From Mobula hypostoma (Eukaryota): a DNA stretch of 64,000 nt. Positions 1 through 11,865 of this stretch are shown here, in pieces. The stretch lies in contig NC_086109.1 in the NCBI RefSeq assembly GCF_963921235.1, positions 7,876,001-7,940,000 of the forward strand, given 5' to 3'. Below the pieces are notes generated by a model. That model did no database searches. It saw only the letters and a program-made list of their open reading frames with translations, and was not told where the DNA came from. Position 1 is the stretch's first letter. Each line of letters opens with the position of its first letter. The position numbers and the translations under genes were made by a program.

Positions 1-671
1 GAAAATCGGTGAAGTTCATATTGAATAACAGGGTCAGCTTGATGGGCCGAGTGGCTTACTCCTGCTCCCCTGTGTGTGCTCTTGTTACGGGGGGAACATC
101 TTTGCTCAGAGACTTGCGAATCTGGGGTGAGGCACAAAGCGCCAGAGGAACAGCCCAGGTGGAGGGTCCTGACCATTTCCCTCCACAGTTACTGCCCGGC
201 GCACCGAATTCCTCCACCACTTTGTGTGACGTGCTTGACAGTCATCAGATTATGTGTCTTGTCATCATTAGCTGAGGGATAGACACCTGCTTGGACACCG
301 GAGACAATCATCTTTGGAATGGAATGGGATTAGAATGGCCTTCAACATCTTTTATGTCTATCTGAGGGAGTTGAATGAGTTAATAGTTCATTGAAAACCA
401 ACACCTTCCAGTTGTCTGACTGAACAAGTCCCATTTGCCTACATATATATACTTATTGTAATCTATAGTATATTTTATGTATTGCTGCCACAAAACAGCA
501 AATCTGACGACAATGAACAATAAAAGTGATAATAAACCTGTTTCTGAATCTAATTCTGAAGTAAACGTTTGTGTATTTTTAAAATTATTTCCTGATTAGT
601 TGTTCACCTTTAAGTTCTTATCACCTTTAATATTTGAACAGCCCAGGTTATTACGTAGACCAAGGAGTTAT

Positions 672-1027
672 AAACACAAGAGATTCTGCAGATGCTGGAA
701 ATCCGAAGCAACACACACAAAACGCTACCAGGACTCAGCAGGTCAGGCAGCGTCTATAGAAATGAAATGAATGGCTACTCCGGGCTTCAAGTCTGGGAAC
801 TCACTTTCACCCTAAATGCCATTTGCTTACTGTTATTGTCTGCATGATTTGTTTTTTTCTCTCTCTGCTCACTGGGAGACTGACCGCCTTTTTTAAATGG
901 GTTCTTTGGGGTTCCTTGTTTTGTGGCTGCCTGTAAGGAGATGAATCTCAAGGTTGTATAATGTTCACATGCTTTGATAATAAATGTACTTTGAACTTTG
1001 AATCGACAGACGACGTTTCGGACCGAG
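672..1027 (-). mobile_element. PLE terminal-repeat (pLTR) fragment, split by an inserted LINE-tail-type repeat (~776-1003)
   Basis: CTGCAGATGCTGGAAATCC..CTCAGCAGGTCAGGCAGC matches the pLTR of the PLE at 58989-61535; resumes with GACGTTTCGGACCGAG after the insert. Confidence 0.7.
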
Positions 1028-1164
1028 GAGTTATTTGGTTTTGGACCTCTATTATTGGAACTGAGATTAAAGTTTGAAATCTTACACAGTAATGATATCA
1101 ACTGACCACAAAAGCCAATGAACTTCTGCAGGCTTGCTTACAACATGATCAAAGCTACATTAAT

Positions 1165-1370
1165 GAAGAACGCTAAATACCAGGAGCTGGTAGAACAGGG
1201 CCGGAGACAGGCGTGGAGAGAACAAAGTGAGGGGTTGAAATTTTGCTGGCTGTTCGCGGTGCAGAACCTGGTCTCTCCTCGGCATTATGAGGGCTACAAA
1301 GGAAAGAGTCATCAGGACTGTCACAGAGTCTGCTGAGTGAGCCTCCAGATGGCTATGGATCGAGAGATGT
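1165..1370 (+). mobile_element. HERO/R2-type (restriction-like endonuclease) non-LTR retrotransposon C-terminal fragment, degenerate
   Basis: KNAKYQELVEQGRRQAWR, then in another frame from 1242 FAGCSRCRTWSLLGIMRATKERVIRTVTESAE*ASRWLWIER; resembles the HERO C-terminus; frameshift and stop. Confidence 0.7.
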
Positions 1371-1399
1371 GTTCTGTGGACCAGTGCTGTTGGGACGTG

Positions 1400-1982
1400 A
1401 GAGTGAGTCCTTGGAGCCCTCCCACATAAGCTGCCTCCAGCTCATCCTGGGAATTACCTGGCGTGAGCGGGTGCCTCACACTGAAATACTTGTAAACACC
1501 AACTGCAGGAGTATTGAGGCCATGATCACCCAGCGTCAGCTGCAATGGCTGGGGCACGTGATAAGGATGCCCCCATGTCGGCTACCCCACAGAGTGTTAT
1601 ACGGTCAGCTACATCATGGTCGACGCTCAGCTGGAGGGCCGAAGAAGCGCTATAAAGATCAGATGATGAATGCTTTAAGGAAGTGCAAGATCAGACCCGA
1701 GGACCTGGAGGATGTTGCTGCTGACCGTACCACATGGCGACAGCTGTGTAGGGACGGGGTTCGTATTCTGGAGATGGAAAGAACAACCAGAAGACAGCAG
1801 AAGAGAGCCAGGAGAAATGCAGCCATGGTTGCCACCATTACTACATATACATGTCCCACCTGCAATAGAGCTTGTGGGTCCAGGATAGGACTGTATAGTC
1901 ATCAAAGATCTCACCGTTAAAGGGGTGGACATCATCATTGGATTTCCATGGACAACCAAGGAAGTGTGTGTGTGTGTGTGTA
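1400..1982 (+). mobile_element. RTE-BovB-like LINE 3' fragment
   Basis: ORF 1369-1920: QLQWLGHVIRM..LYGQL..GGPKKRYKD and terminal zinc finger CPTCNRACGSRIGLYSHQRSH; short 3'UTR then (GT)n. Confidence 0.9.
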
Positions 1983-2029
1983 ATCGTTAAATTAAGTAAG
2001 TAGGGCAAAAATATGTATTTTTTTTAAGA

Positions 2030-2250
2030 AGTAGTGCGGTACTGTCCATGGGTTCAATGTCCATTCAGAAATCAAATGGTTTGGGGGGAGTGGATAAAGC
2101 TGTTCCTGAAACATTGGGTGTGTGCATTTAGGCTCCTGTACCTCCTTCCTGACGGTAGCAATGAGAACAGGGCATGTCCTGGGTGATGCGGTTCCTTGAT
2201 GATGGACACTGTCTTTCTGAGGCATCACTTCTCGAAGACGTCCTGGATAC
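2030..2250 (-). mobile_element. Rex1/Babar LINE 3' fragment
   Basis: Reverse complement matches the recurrent HALFSLLPSGRRYRSL..FRNSFFP 3' end. Confidence 0.8.
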
Positions 2251-3039
2251 ATCACTGATGCTAAGATGTCTCTCAGCAGCACAGATCTGTCAAGGAAGGG
2301 TCGTCTCAAGTGAGGGAGAATCGAAACAACGCATTTCACTGTATGCTGCGATGCTTCAAGGTAAATGCTGTATGACAAATAAAGATACTCTTTAATTGTA
2401 AATTCTGTCTGGTGTAAACGTACATAGACATGGCACTTTTCTGTCCAGCTCTACATAGAGAGCATGGGCTAGTACGTTCTTGTCCACACTAACACAGTGA
2501 TCAGCTCCAGCTGTCAAGGGCTGTTGGTGATTTTGCATTCAGCTTCATGGATAACAGCTAACACAGGTTTGCATTTTCAGTGGCTAAAGATTAATGAAGC
2601 CTTCATTCGATCAATACTCCCTTAGAGCAAAGACTGATATTGTATCTTCTCCTCAGGAAGAGAATTGTCCTGAAACGTGGACCTGGCAAGAGAGCCGCAC
2701 ACTCCTACAAGATGCCTTTGAATATTTCATTAGAACACTAATTACGTCATCCCATAAAACTTTAATTCCTCTCACAGTTATTGTTGAGGCACATTTCCAT
2801 AGGCAGCAAATGCAGGCCTGAAGCATGGAATACATTTTTTACTAATAACTTCAGAAGGAATATTTCCATCTTGATAATGCAGTCCATTAAGGGATTGAGT
2901 GTAATATATGTACCAGAAAGAGATTCAAATCATTTTTGTTTATCTGAAGAAAAATAAGTCTGCAGAGAATTTCTTGTGATGATTTGTTGCAGGTAGATCA
3001 CAAATAATGAGTCCTGGGTGAATCTGACAAGAGTTGTTA

Positions 3040-3752
3040 AACACAAGAAGTCTGCAGATGCCGGAAATCCAGAGCAACACGCACACACAAAATGCTGGAG
3101 GCACTCAGCAGGTCAGGCAGCTTCTCTGAAAATGAATACATAGTCGTCATTTCAGGCCAAGACCCTTCTTCAGGAGAGGAAAGGAAGGGGGAAGATGCCG
3201 GAATAAAAAGGTGGGGGGAAGAGAAGGAGGATAGCTGGAAGGTGATAGGCGAAGCCAGCTGGGTGGAAAGGTCAAAGGTAGGAGATGAACAAGATGGTGG
3301 CGAGACGAGTTCCCAGGAAGGATAGGAGGCTGTGGTAATGGGTCTGGGTGAGTACCTGAGTGAAGAGTTGTGGGGTGGGGGGGGGGGTAACAGAGATCAC
3401 AGCATTGACAGAGGGGCTCACTGAATTCCCATCGAAGAGAGGATTTGAACTTCTTCAGGGTAGGCACACCTTAAAGAGAATCCGCAGTGGAGCAGCAAAT
3501 CATAAATCTGCAAAAACCACAGGAAATGTGGAAACAGGATTAGTGTGAGATTTTGCAGATGCTGGAAATCCAGAGCAACACACGCAAAATGCAGGAGGAA
3601 CTCAGTAGGACGGGCAACATCTATGGAAATTAATAGATAGTCGATATTTCTGGCTGAAACCCTTCTTCAGGAGTGGAAAGGAAGGGGGGGAAGATGCCAG
3701 GATAAAAAAGTGCGGGGGGGGGGAGGAGGCTAGCAAGAAGGTGATAAGTGAA
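3040..3752 (-). mobile_element. Internally deleted PLE: two direct pLTRs flanking a short internal stub
   Basis: pLTR copies at ~3040-3285 and ~3548-3752 in the same orientation, each with a degenerate hammerhead; stub reads MPTLKKFKSSLRWEFSEPL on the minus strand. Confidence 0.65.
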
Positions 3753-3997
3753 CATTCCATCAATCCACTCTTGGAAAATCCACAGAGTAATTTGATTCAG
3801 TCCTTCCCTAATAAAGGGAAAGATAAATAAAGGTATTTACATTTAGATCGGGCTGGTAGTGTAGCTGTCAAAGATGCAAATAAAGTAGTAATCAAGAGGA
3901 GATAGTTATCACATGCCAATGAAATCCGCCTAGAGCTCTTTCATTTTTATACTCAACAGGGGTGGGTAGACATCCCCAAGACCAGAGAAAATAGGGG

Positions 3998-4200
3998 AGC
4001 AACAGACACAAAACGCTGGACGAACTCAGCAGGTCAGGCAGCATTTATGGAGAGGAATAAACAGTCGACGCTCCGGGCCAAAACCTTTCTTCAGGACGGG
4101 AAAGGAAGGGGGAAGAAGCCAAAACAAAAGGAGGGGGGAAGGGAGGGAGTAGGAGCTGGCAGGTGATAGGGGAGACCAGGTGAGGGGGAAGGTGGGCGGG
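3998..4200 (-). mobile_element. PLE pLTR fragment
   Basis: CTCAGCAGGTCAGGCAGC..CAGTCGAC..CTTCAGGAC followed by purine-rich tract, as in other pLTRs. Confidence 0.8.
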
Positions 4201-5275
4201 AAGCGTTCTCGATTGAACTATATTCTTACTTTCCGTTATGTCGAGTCTGAGTCATGAACAATGGAATTCCACCCAAAACAAAGATGAGAGCATGCTCTTC
4301 TGTAGAACAGGAAAGAGAAACATTACGGCTACAATGGCTTTAATTGTGTTTATTTATGTTTTGGAGAGGCGGGCCTCAACAACAAAGTCGATGTTCAAAC
4401 TAAACTGTTAAATCGGTTTATTTTTGTCACGTGTACTGAGGAAAATAGGGATTGGTCAAGAGCACAAGGGATCCCATGCTGAAGCGCCTTGATCAACTCG
4501 CGCAAATAACAAAAAAAAATTAACCAGAAGCACATGGAACATGAATCATCCAAAAAATGTGTCCGCAGTCACAGAGCGTGTTCATAAAAATATATATACT
4601 AGGCAGAATATTAGTTTGGCACGGACTGACTCTGTGCTGGATGACTCGATGACTCTCTACCTTGGTGAGGAATTGTGTATGATTTTATGGTTGAGGTGCA
4701 TGCCAGTGCAGGTTATGTAAATAGTAGCGACTGGGTAAGGAAGTTCAACTAAAGTTCACAACTCCAAAGGTTCAGCTCGTGTGATTGTCAATTATTACCC
4801 CACACTAATCCTGTTTCCACATGTTGTGCGATTTTTAAACAGGTAAGAAATGCTCCTTCCCTTAAATAGCAGAAATTGAAATCTATTTGGGTTCAACATC
4901 ACACTGCAAATACTCAAAAATCCCAGGGGGATGTAACAAAGGGTCAAAACTATCTGGGGTCTCAACCGTTATTAACCCTCAACCATCAGGCTCTTGAACC
5001 AGAGGGGATAACTTCACTTGATGTCATTTGCCCCATCACAGATTTATTTATTTATTTGTTTGTTGTTTTGTTTATTTATGATTATTTCTTTTTTGTCTTT
5101 CTGTTTGTACTTGCACAATTTAATGTCTTTTGCACTCTGTTTGTCCACCCGTTGGCGCTGTCTTTCATTGATTTGATTATGGTTATAACTCAGTTATGGA
5201 TTTATTGAGTATGCTCGCAAGAAAATGAATCTCAGGGTTATATATGGTGACATGTATGTACTTTGATAATAAATT

Positions 5276-6074
5276 ATCAAATTAGCGTAAGTGCTACACC
5301 TTTCCCCACACCTCCTCTCTTGCAACCATTCAGGACCGCAAACAGTCCTTCCAGGTGAGGCAACACTTCACTTGTGAGTCTGTTGGGGTCATCTATTGCA
5401 TCCGGTGCTCCCGGTGCGGCCTCCTCTACATCGGTGAAACCCGCCGCAGATTGGGGACCGCTTCGTCGAGCACCTCTGCTCCGTCCGCCACAACAGACAG
5501 GATCTCCCGGTAGCCACCCACTTCAACTCTGCTTCCCATTCCCATTCAGATATATCCATACATGGCCTCCTCTACTGCCATGATGAGGCTAAACTCAGGT
5601 TGGAGGAGCAACACCTCATATACCGTCTAGGTAGTCTCCAGCCCCTTGGTATGAACATAGAATTCTCCAACTTCCGGTAATTCCCTCCCCTTCCCTTCCC
5701 CTATCCCTATGTCACTCTACCCCCTCCCCCAGCTGCCTATCACCTCCCTCATGGTTCCGCCTCCTTCTACTACCCATCATGTTTTCCCCTATTCTTTCTT
5801 CACCTTTCCTGCCTATCACCTCCCTGCTTCCCCTCCCCCACCCCTTTATCTTTCCCCTTACTGGTTTTTCACCTGGAACCTACCAGCCTTCTCCTTCCCA
5901 CCCTCCCCCCACCTTCTTTATAGGGCCTCTGCCCCTTCCCTCTACAGTCCTGACGAAGGGTTCCGGCCCGAAACGTCGACTGATCGTTTCCATAGATGCT
6001 GCCTGACCTGCTGAGTTCCTCCAGCGTATTGTGAGTGTTGCTTTGACCCCGGCATCTGCAGAGTATTTTGTGTC
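5276..6074 (+). mobile_element. PLE 3' fragment (GIY-YIG endonuclease + pLTR) inserted in a LINE tail
   Basis: RQHFTCESVGVIYCIRCSRCGLLYIGETRRRLG (frameshift) DRFVEH..EQHLIYRLGSLQPLGMN; TSD GATAATAAATT at 5265-5275 and 6075-6085. Confidence 0.92.
5945..5982 (+). ncRNA. Minimal type I hammerhead ribozyme (PLE-associated), intact core
   Basis: CAGTC-CTGACGA-AGGGT(TCCG)GCCC-GAAA-CGTC-GACTG: stem I CAGTC/GACTG, CUGANGA box, stem II, GAAA, palindromic ACGU stem III, GUC cleavage triplet 5975-5977. Confidence 0.85.
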
Positions 6075-6207
6075 GATAATAAATTTACTTTGAACTTTAA
6101 ACTTTTGAACTTTGACTATCTGCTCGCAGGAAATCATTGGCCTGCTATTTCTTTCAAAAGATCGATGAGAAATGAGTCTATCTGGAAGAATGGAAAACAG
6201 CAGCTCG

Positions 6208-6510
6208 ACGGCTGGCGTAATGCCTTACAGCACCAGCAATCGGGGTTCGATTCCTGCCGCTGTCTCTGAGGAGTTTGTACGTCCTGCCTGTGACCGCATG
6301 GATTTCCCCGAGGTGCTCCAGTTTCCTCCCACATTCAGAAGACATACAGCTTAGGATTGGTAAATTGTGGGCATGCTAATTTGGTGCCAACAACATGGCA
6401 CTACTTGGCTCAAATACATCCTTGGACTGTGTTGATCGTTGGCACAAACAATGCATTTTCATGTACGATTCAATGTTTCACTGTACATATCACAAATAAA
6501 GCTAATCTTT
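6208..6510 (+). mobile_element. tRNA-related SINE (V-SINE/HE1-like); related copies near 7380-7590, 36950-37110, 52660-52825, 53240-53410, 58443-58760
   Basis: B-box-like GGTTCGATTCC, core GAGTTTGTACGT..GTGCTCCAGTTTCCTCCCACATTC, 3' ACAAATAAAGCTAATCTT. Confidence 0.7.
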
Positions 6511-6633
6511 AAACTTTTCCCGTGCATGGATCACAGCAAATTAGCAAGTGATGAAGATTGTTCATTGGTTTTCTGACCTTCATTTGAACACTACGGCCAA
6601 GAAAGCTCGCCAGCGCCTCCACTTCTTCAGGAG

Positions 6634-7165
6634 GTCTACGTCTGCCAGGGTCGACCATGGATGTTGCATCCTAGTGATCTGGGTATATGAGCCCGGACAG
6701 TACGATACGGAGAGAAAGCTGTTGCCCATGTAGCAAGCTCCCCCTCTCCACCATCTGATGAACCCAAAGGAACGGCAGAGACTGATACAGTTTGGTGCCC
6801 AGCAACGTCGCTGGAGTGGCCAGTCAGGGTTGAACATAATGTAGGCACTTCAGCTCCGGAATTTTACTCCCAAAGCCTTCCCCATGAATGGGTATAGCGG
6901 AGGTTTGAGATCAGAGTTTTCCTTCTCCTTGATGAGATGCCAACCACGGCTGATGAGCCCCATCTGCCTGAAGCGACTGGTTTTAAGGCGCCAGTAACCC
7001 ACCTTTGCCCCTTCTCCTGTCTGTGGAAAGAGTTCCACCAGACTTAGTAGCAAAACCACATGTGAAGTCTAGGAGATGGACTTAGTTGTCAGAGACTATT
7101 GGGAGCATTTAATAGATAGTGGCATCTCATCCCCATTAGCGCCCCCAGCTATGACACCCTTAAGT
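6634..7165 (-). mobile_element. Non-autonomous RTE-related retroposon
   Basis: Same family as the two copies at 37856-38795; contains RTE 5'UTR-like AGGAGAAGGAAAACTCTGA on minus; no ORF. Confidence 0.6.
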
Positions 7166-7913
7166 AGCTTGCTCAGGAGATGAAAGAAATTTGGCTTGTC
7201 CCCGTTGACCCTCACCAATTTTTATTGAAACACTATAGAACGCATCCTATCCAGATTCATCACAGCTTGGTACAGCAACTGTTCTGCCCGAGACTTCAGA
7301 GAGCTGTGGGCTCGTTTCAGCTATGCACGTTTCAGGGGGAGGCTGGCAACTTCCAGAGTCCCAGCAACTTCCAAAGTTTGGTGCTTATTCTGTGTGTGTG
7401 CTACATTCTCCGCGTGATGGCGTGGGTTTCTTCCGAGCGCTCCGGTTTCCTCCCACAGACCAAAAACGTACCGGTTAGTAGGTTAGTTGGTCTTTGTAAG
7501 TTGTCCCGTGATTAGGCTAGGGTTAAATTACATTTTGCAGGGCGGCGCTGCTCGAAAGGCCTGATGGGCCCATTCGGCACTGTACTCAATACATTTTTAA
7601 AAAGAGGTCAGAGGTGACATACAATTGGGTGTGTGTGCATTTCACTAAATGGAGTTTTGTTTTATTCTAACTGTTCTTTTCTGCAAAAGTTGCGTGCATG
7701 CAGTTTAGGTTTTCCTTGGGAGTTGCCTGCAAATCGTCGCCATACACCACCAGCACGTCTTGAATCTCATATGATGCTACGCAGTTGTGATGCCACTGCA
7801 AGTAAGCTTTTCACTATCCTGGTGAAAGCCCGATGAAGGCTCAAGACGTCATCTGTTTACCTCTCTCCATAGATGCTGCCCGACCTGCTGAGTTCCTGCA
7901 GAACTTCGAGTGT

Positions 7914-8840
7914 GATGCAGATGACAGAAAGCTGGGTGGCAGTGTGAAATGTGAGGAGGATGTTATGAGAATGCAGGGTGACTTGGACAGGTTGGGGGAG
8001 TGGGCAGATGCATGGCAGATGCAGTTTAATGCGGATAAATGTGAGGTTATCTGCTTTGGTGGCAAGAGCAGGAAGGCAGATTACTATCTGAATGGTGTCA
8101 AGTTAGGAAAAGGGGAAGTACAACGAGATCTAGATGTCTGTTCATCAGTCACTGAAAGTAAACATGCAGGTACAGCAGGCAGTGAAGAAAGCTAATGGCG
8201 TGTTGGCCTTCATAACAAGGGGAGTTGAGTATAGGAGCAATGAGGTGCTTCTGCAGTTGTACAGGGCCCTGGTGAGACCACACCTGGAGTATTGTGTGCA
8301 GTTTTGGTCTCCAAATTTGAGGAAGGGCATTCTAGCTATTGAGGGAGTGCAGCGTAGGTTCACGAGGTTGATTCCCTGGATGACAGGACTGTCATGTGTT
8401 GAAAGATTGGAGCGACTGGGCTTGCATACACTGGAATTTAGAAGGATGAGAGAGGATCTGATTGAAATATAAGATTATTAAGGGATTGGACACGCTAGAG
8501 GCAGGAAACATGTTCCCAATGTTGGGGGAGTCCAGAACCAGAGGCCACAGTTTAAGAATAAGGGGTAGACAATTTAGAACGGAGTTGAGGAAAAACTTTT
8601 TCACACAGAGGGTTGTGGTTCGGTGGAATGCTCTGCCTCAGAAGGCAGTGGAGGCCAATTCTCCGGATTCTTTCAAGAAAGAGTTAGATAGAGCTCTTAA
8701 AGATAGCGGAATCAAAGGTTATGGGGAGAAGGCAGGAAAAGGGTACTGATGGTGGATGATCAGCCATGATCACAGTGAATGGCGGCGCTGGCTCGAAGGG
8801 CTGAATGGCCTACTCCTGCACCTATTGTCTATTGTCTATT
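7914..8840 (+). mobile_element. CR1 LINE 3' fragment nested in a pLTR remnant
   Basis: ADDRKLGG..WQMQFNADKC..LYRALVRPHLEYCVQFWSP..FFTQRVV; (CTATTGT)n tail. Confidence 0.95.
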
Positions 8841-9067
8841 GTGTTACCTGGATTTCCAGCATTTGCAGAATCTCGTGTGTTTGTGTCAAGGATCATGCTG
8901 TTAGCCTCATAATTATATAATTTAAATATTATTTTATTTAATTTATTTTTAATGTATGTTTTTCTTGTGAATGTTGCTTATATGATGCACTGTGCCTGTG
9001 ATGTTGTTGAAAATAAGTTTTTTATCCTCCTGATGAAGCAACTTGGCCCAAAATGTTGACTGTCTAG

Positions 9068-9703
9068 ACCATAAGACATGGGAACAGAAATAGGCCATTC
9101 TGCCCATCAAGTCTGCACCATTCCATCACAGCTGATCTCAACATCATTCTCCTGCCTTCTCCTTGTAACCTTGGATGCCCTATCCATCAAGCTCCACCTC
9201 AAATGTACCCAATGTCTGGTCCTCCACAGCCACCTATGGCAACGAATTCCACAGATTCACCACTCCCTACCTAAAGAAATTCCTCCTCATCTCTGTTCTA
9301 AAAGGACGTCTCTCTATTCTGAGGGGAATCTCATTGAACATTGAAAGGCCTAGATAGAGTGGATGTGGAGAGAATGTTTCCTACTGTGGGGTAGTCTAAG
9401 ACCAGAGGGCACAGTCTCAGAATGGAAGGACATCCCTTTAGAACAGAGATGAAGGAGAATTTCTTTAGCCAGAGGGTGGTGAATCTGTGGAATTCATTGC
9501 CACAGGCAGCTGTGAGGCCAAGTCACTGGGTGAATTTAAAGCAGAGGTTGATAGGTTCTTGATTACTAAAGGCATCAAAAGTTACAGGGAGAAGAGAGAT
9601 GAATGGGATTGAGAGGGATAATAAATCAGCCATGATGAAATAGCAGAGCAGACTCGATGGGCCAAATGGCCTAATTCTGCTCCTATGCCTTATAGTCCTA
9701 TGG
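9068..9703. mobile_element. Two CR1 3' fragments in opposite orientation (minus ~9068-9322, plus ~9323-9703)
   Basis: Both carry the CR1 3' end (GTGGTGAATCTGTGGAATTC, GGCCTA.TTCTGCTCC) as mutual reverse complements. Confidence 0.8.
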
Positions 9704-11865
9704 GATGTGTCACACCTGAGAGCATCTCAATCACACCTGATGACCAAGTCCTTCCCAGTTGTTGAGAGGGAGCATTCTCCTCAGTCCCAATATCTACTTT
9801 ACTTTCCCAATCCACTCCAGCCAATTCTTATTGCATGCCTCGGCCAGTCCCGAGGCTGCAGGTTTTCCAAAGTGTAAGCAGAGGTCATTGATGGCCACCG
9901 AGGTTTGTGGGAGTTTAAAAGTACGCATCTTTAGGATGAAGGCGAGGTGTCTTTTCCAGGGATAATATAGACCCCTATGAAAACTGCTATGGAACAATAC
10001 ATAACCAGTCAGCTTAAAGTCTGCCTGTTAAGCTATTGAAAGGCAAATCGAACATCCTGTGAACGATAATAAAGCTTCAGGCTGAGTCTGGGGTTGGCAG
10101 AGTACAATAGTCCCACACAAATCCCACACAAACAAAAAAAAATCCTTCTGCAGCATTCAAAAAAATCAAGTATATTATAGATCTCAACTCTCTCAAGAAT
10201 GGCTTAAAGCTGAGTACAAATAATATTTTGGTTGGTTAACTCTAATGTTTTAACGAATTTTCATGCACAGCCGCATTATCTTCAAGAACACAGGGTCAGT
10301 CATTTGATCCAGTCAATTCCAGGGAAGATGATCAAATGGTTCAATTTAATATCAGAGAATGTATACAGTATACAACCTGAAATTCTTACTCCTCGCAGAC
10401 ATCCACCAAACAAGAATCCTAAGGAATGAATGGTATTGACGTCAGAACCCCAAAATCTCCTCTTCCCCCTGTCGGGCTGTCTACAGGGCTGCTCGCCAAA
10501 GGCGCACGTCTTCCAGGCTGCTCCTGGAGATAGCGAAACGCCAGGTCACAGGGCAAGTGCGAAAGCCCACCACTTGCGGAGAACCGCAGTTTGAACTGTA
10601 GGCCACGGGCTCTGACAGAACCCCGACCACCGAGGAAAGAAAAGACACAAGAGAATAGGAATAAGCCGTTTCATGGACGAACAGGAAGAAGTCACGAGGT
10701 CTACAAAACCCGCCAGCGCCATCTTCCTGGGATCTCACCAGTGTTCCCTCCACATCAGTTTGAATTGCAATTTTTAATGACTCAATTGAAGTAGATCTGA
10801 CAAATGCAAATAATATTCCCTTTACACCTCCCTGTACTGACCTCTATACCGTTCAAATACCTGTCCAGATATAAATGTTGCAACCATTCTTGCTTCCACC
10901 ACCCCCTCTGGCAGCTCATTCCAGGCACAGGTTTTTGTCCCCCAAGCCATCGGACTACCAACCTACTGCCCTCTGCTGTGTCTATTGTCTTGTTTATTAT
11001 TTATTGTAATGCCTGCACTGTTCTGTGCACTTTATGCAGTCCTGGGTAGGTCTGCAGTCTAGTGTAGTTTTTGTGTCGTTTTACGTAGTTCAGTGTAGTT
11101 TTTGTATTGTTTCATGTGGCACCAAGGTCCTGAAAAATGTCTCGTTTTTACTGTGTACTGTACCAGCAGTTATGGTTGAAATGGCAATAAAAAGTGACTT
11201 GACTTGGCTTGACTCTGTATCAATAATTTACTCCACAGACCTCCTCCCTCTCATCTTAAACCTATACCCTTTAAATTTAAACACATCTACAGTAGAAGAC
11301 AAACCATAAGACATAGGAGCATTCAAACATGGCAGATTTATTATCCCTCTCAACCCCATTCTCCTGCCTTCTCCCCATAACCTTTGGTGCCCTAACTAAT
11401 CAAGAACCTATTAACCTTTGCTTTAAATAGACCCAATAACTTGGCTTCCACAGCCGTCTGTGACAAATTCACTACCCTCCAGCTAAAGAAATTCTTCCTC
11501 ATCTCTGATCTAAAGGTACGTCCTTGAATACTGAGGTTGTGCCCTCAGAGTCCCACACTACTGGAAAACCCTCTCCACGTCCACTCTCTCTAGGTCTTTC
11601 AACATTCAATAGGTCTCAATGCAATTGCCTCTCATTCTTCTAAACCTCAGTGTGTACAGTACCAGAGCTGTCAAATATGTTCCTCATATGTTAACCTATT
11701 CATTCCCGGGAAAATTCTTCCAAGTTCAAAGTAAATTTATGATCAAAGTATGCATACTATATGCAACATTAATTAAGTACCTATCCACCTCTATTTTAAG
11801 TGTGCCCGATGACTTGGCCTCCGCGGCCGCCTGTGGCAATGAATTCCACAGATTTGCCACCATCG

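Noticed and set aside
2594..2821. Host exon after CTTCTCCTCAG (EENCPETWTWQ..)
   Set aside because: No recognisable protein similarity and no convincing donor
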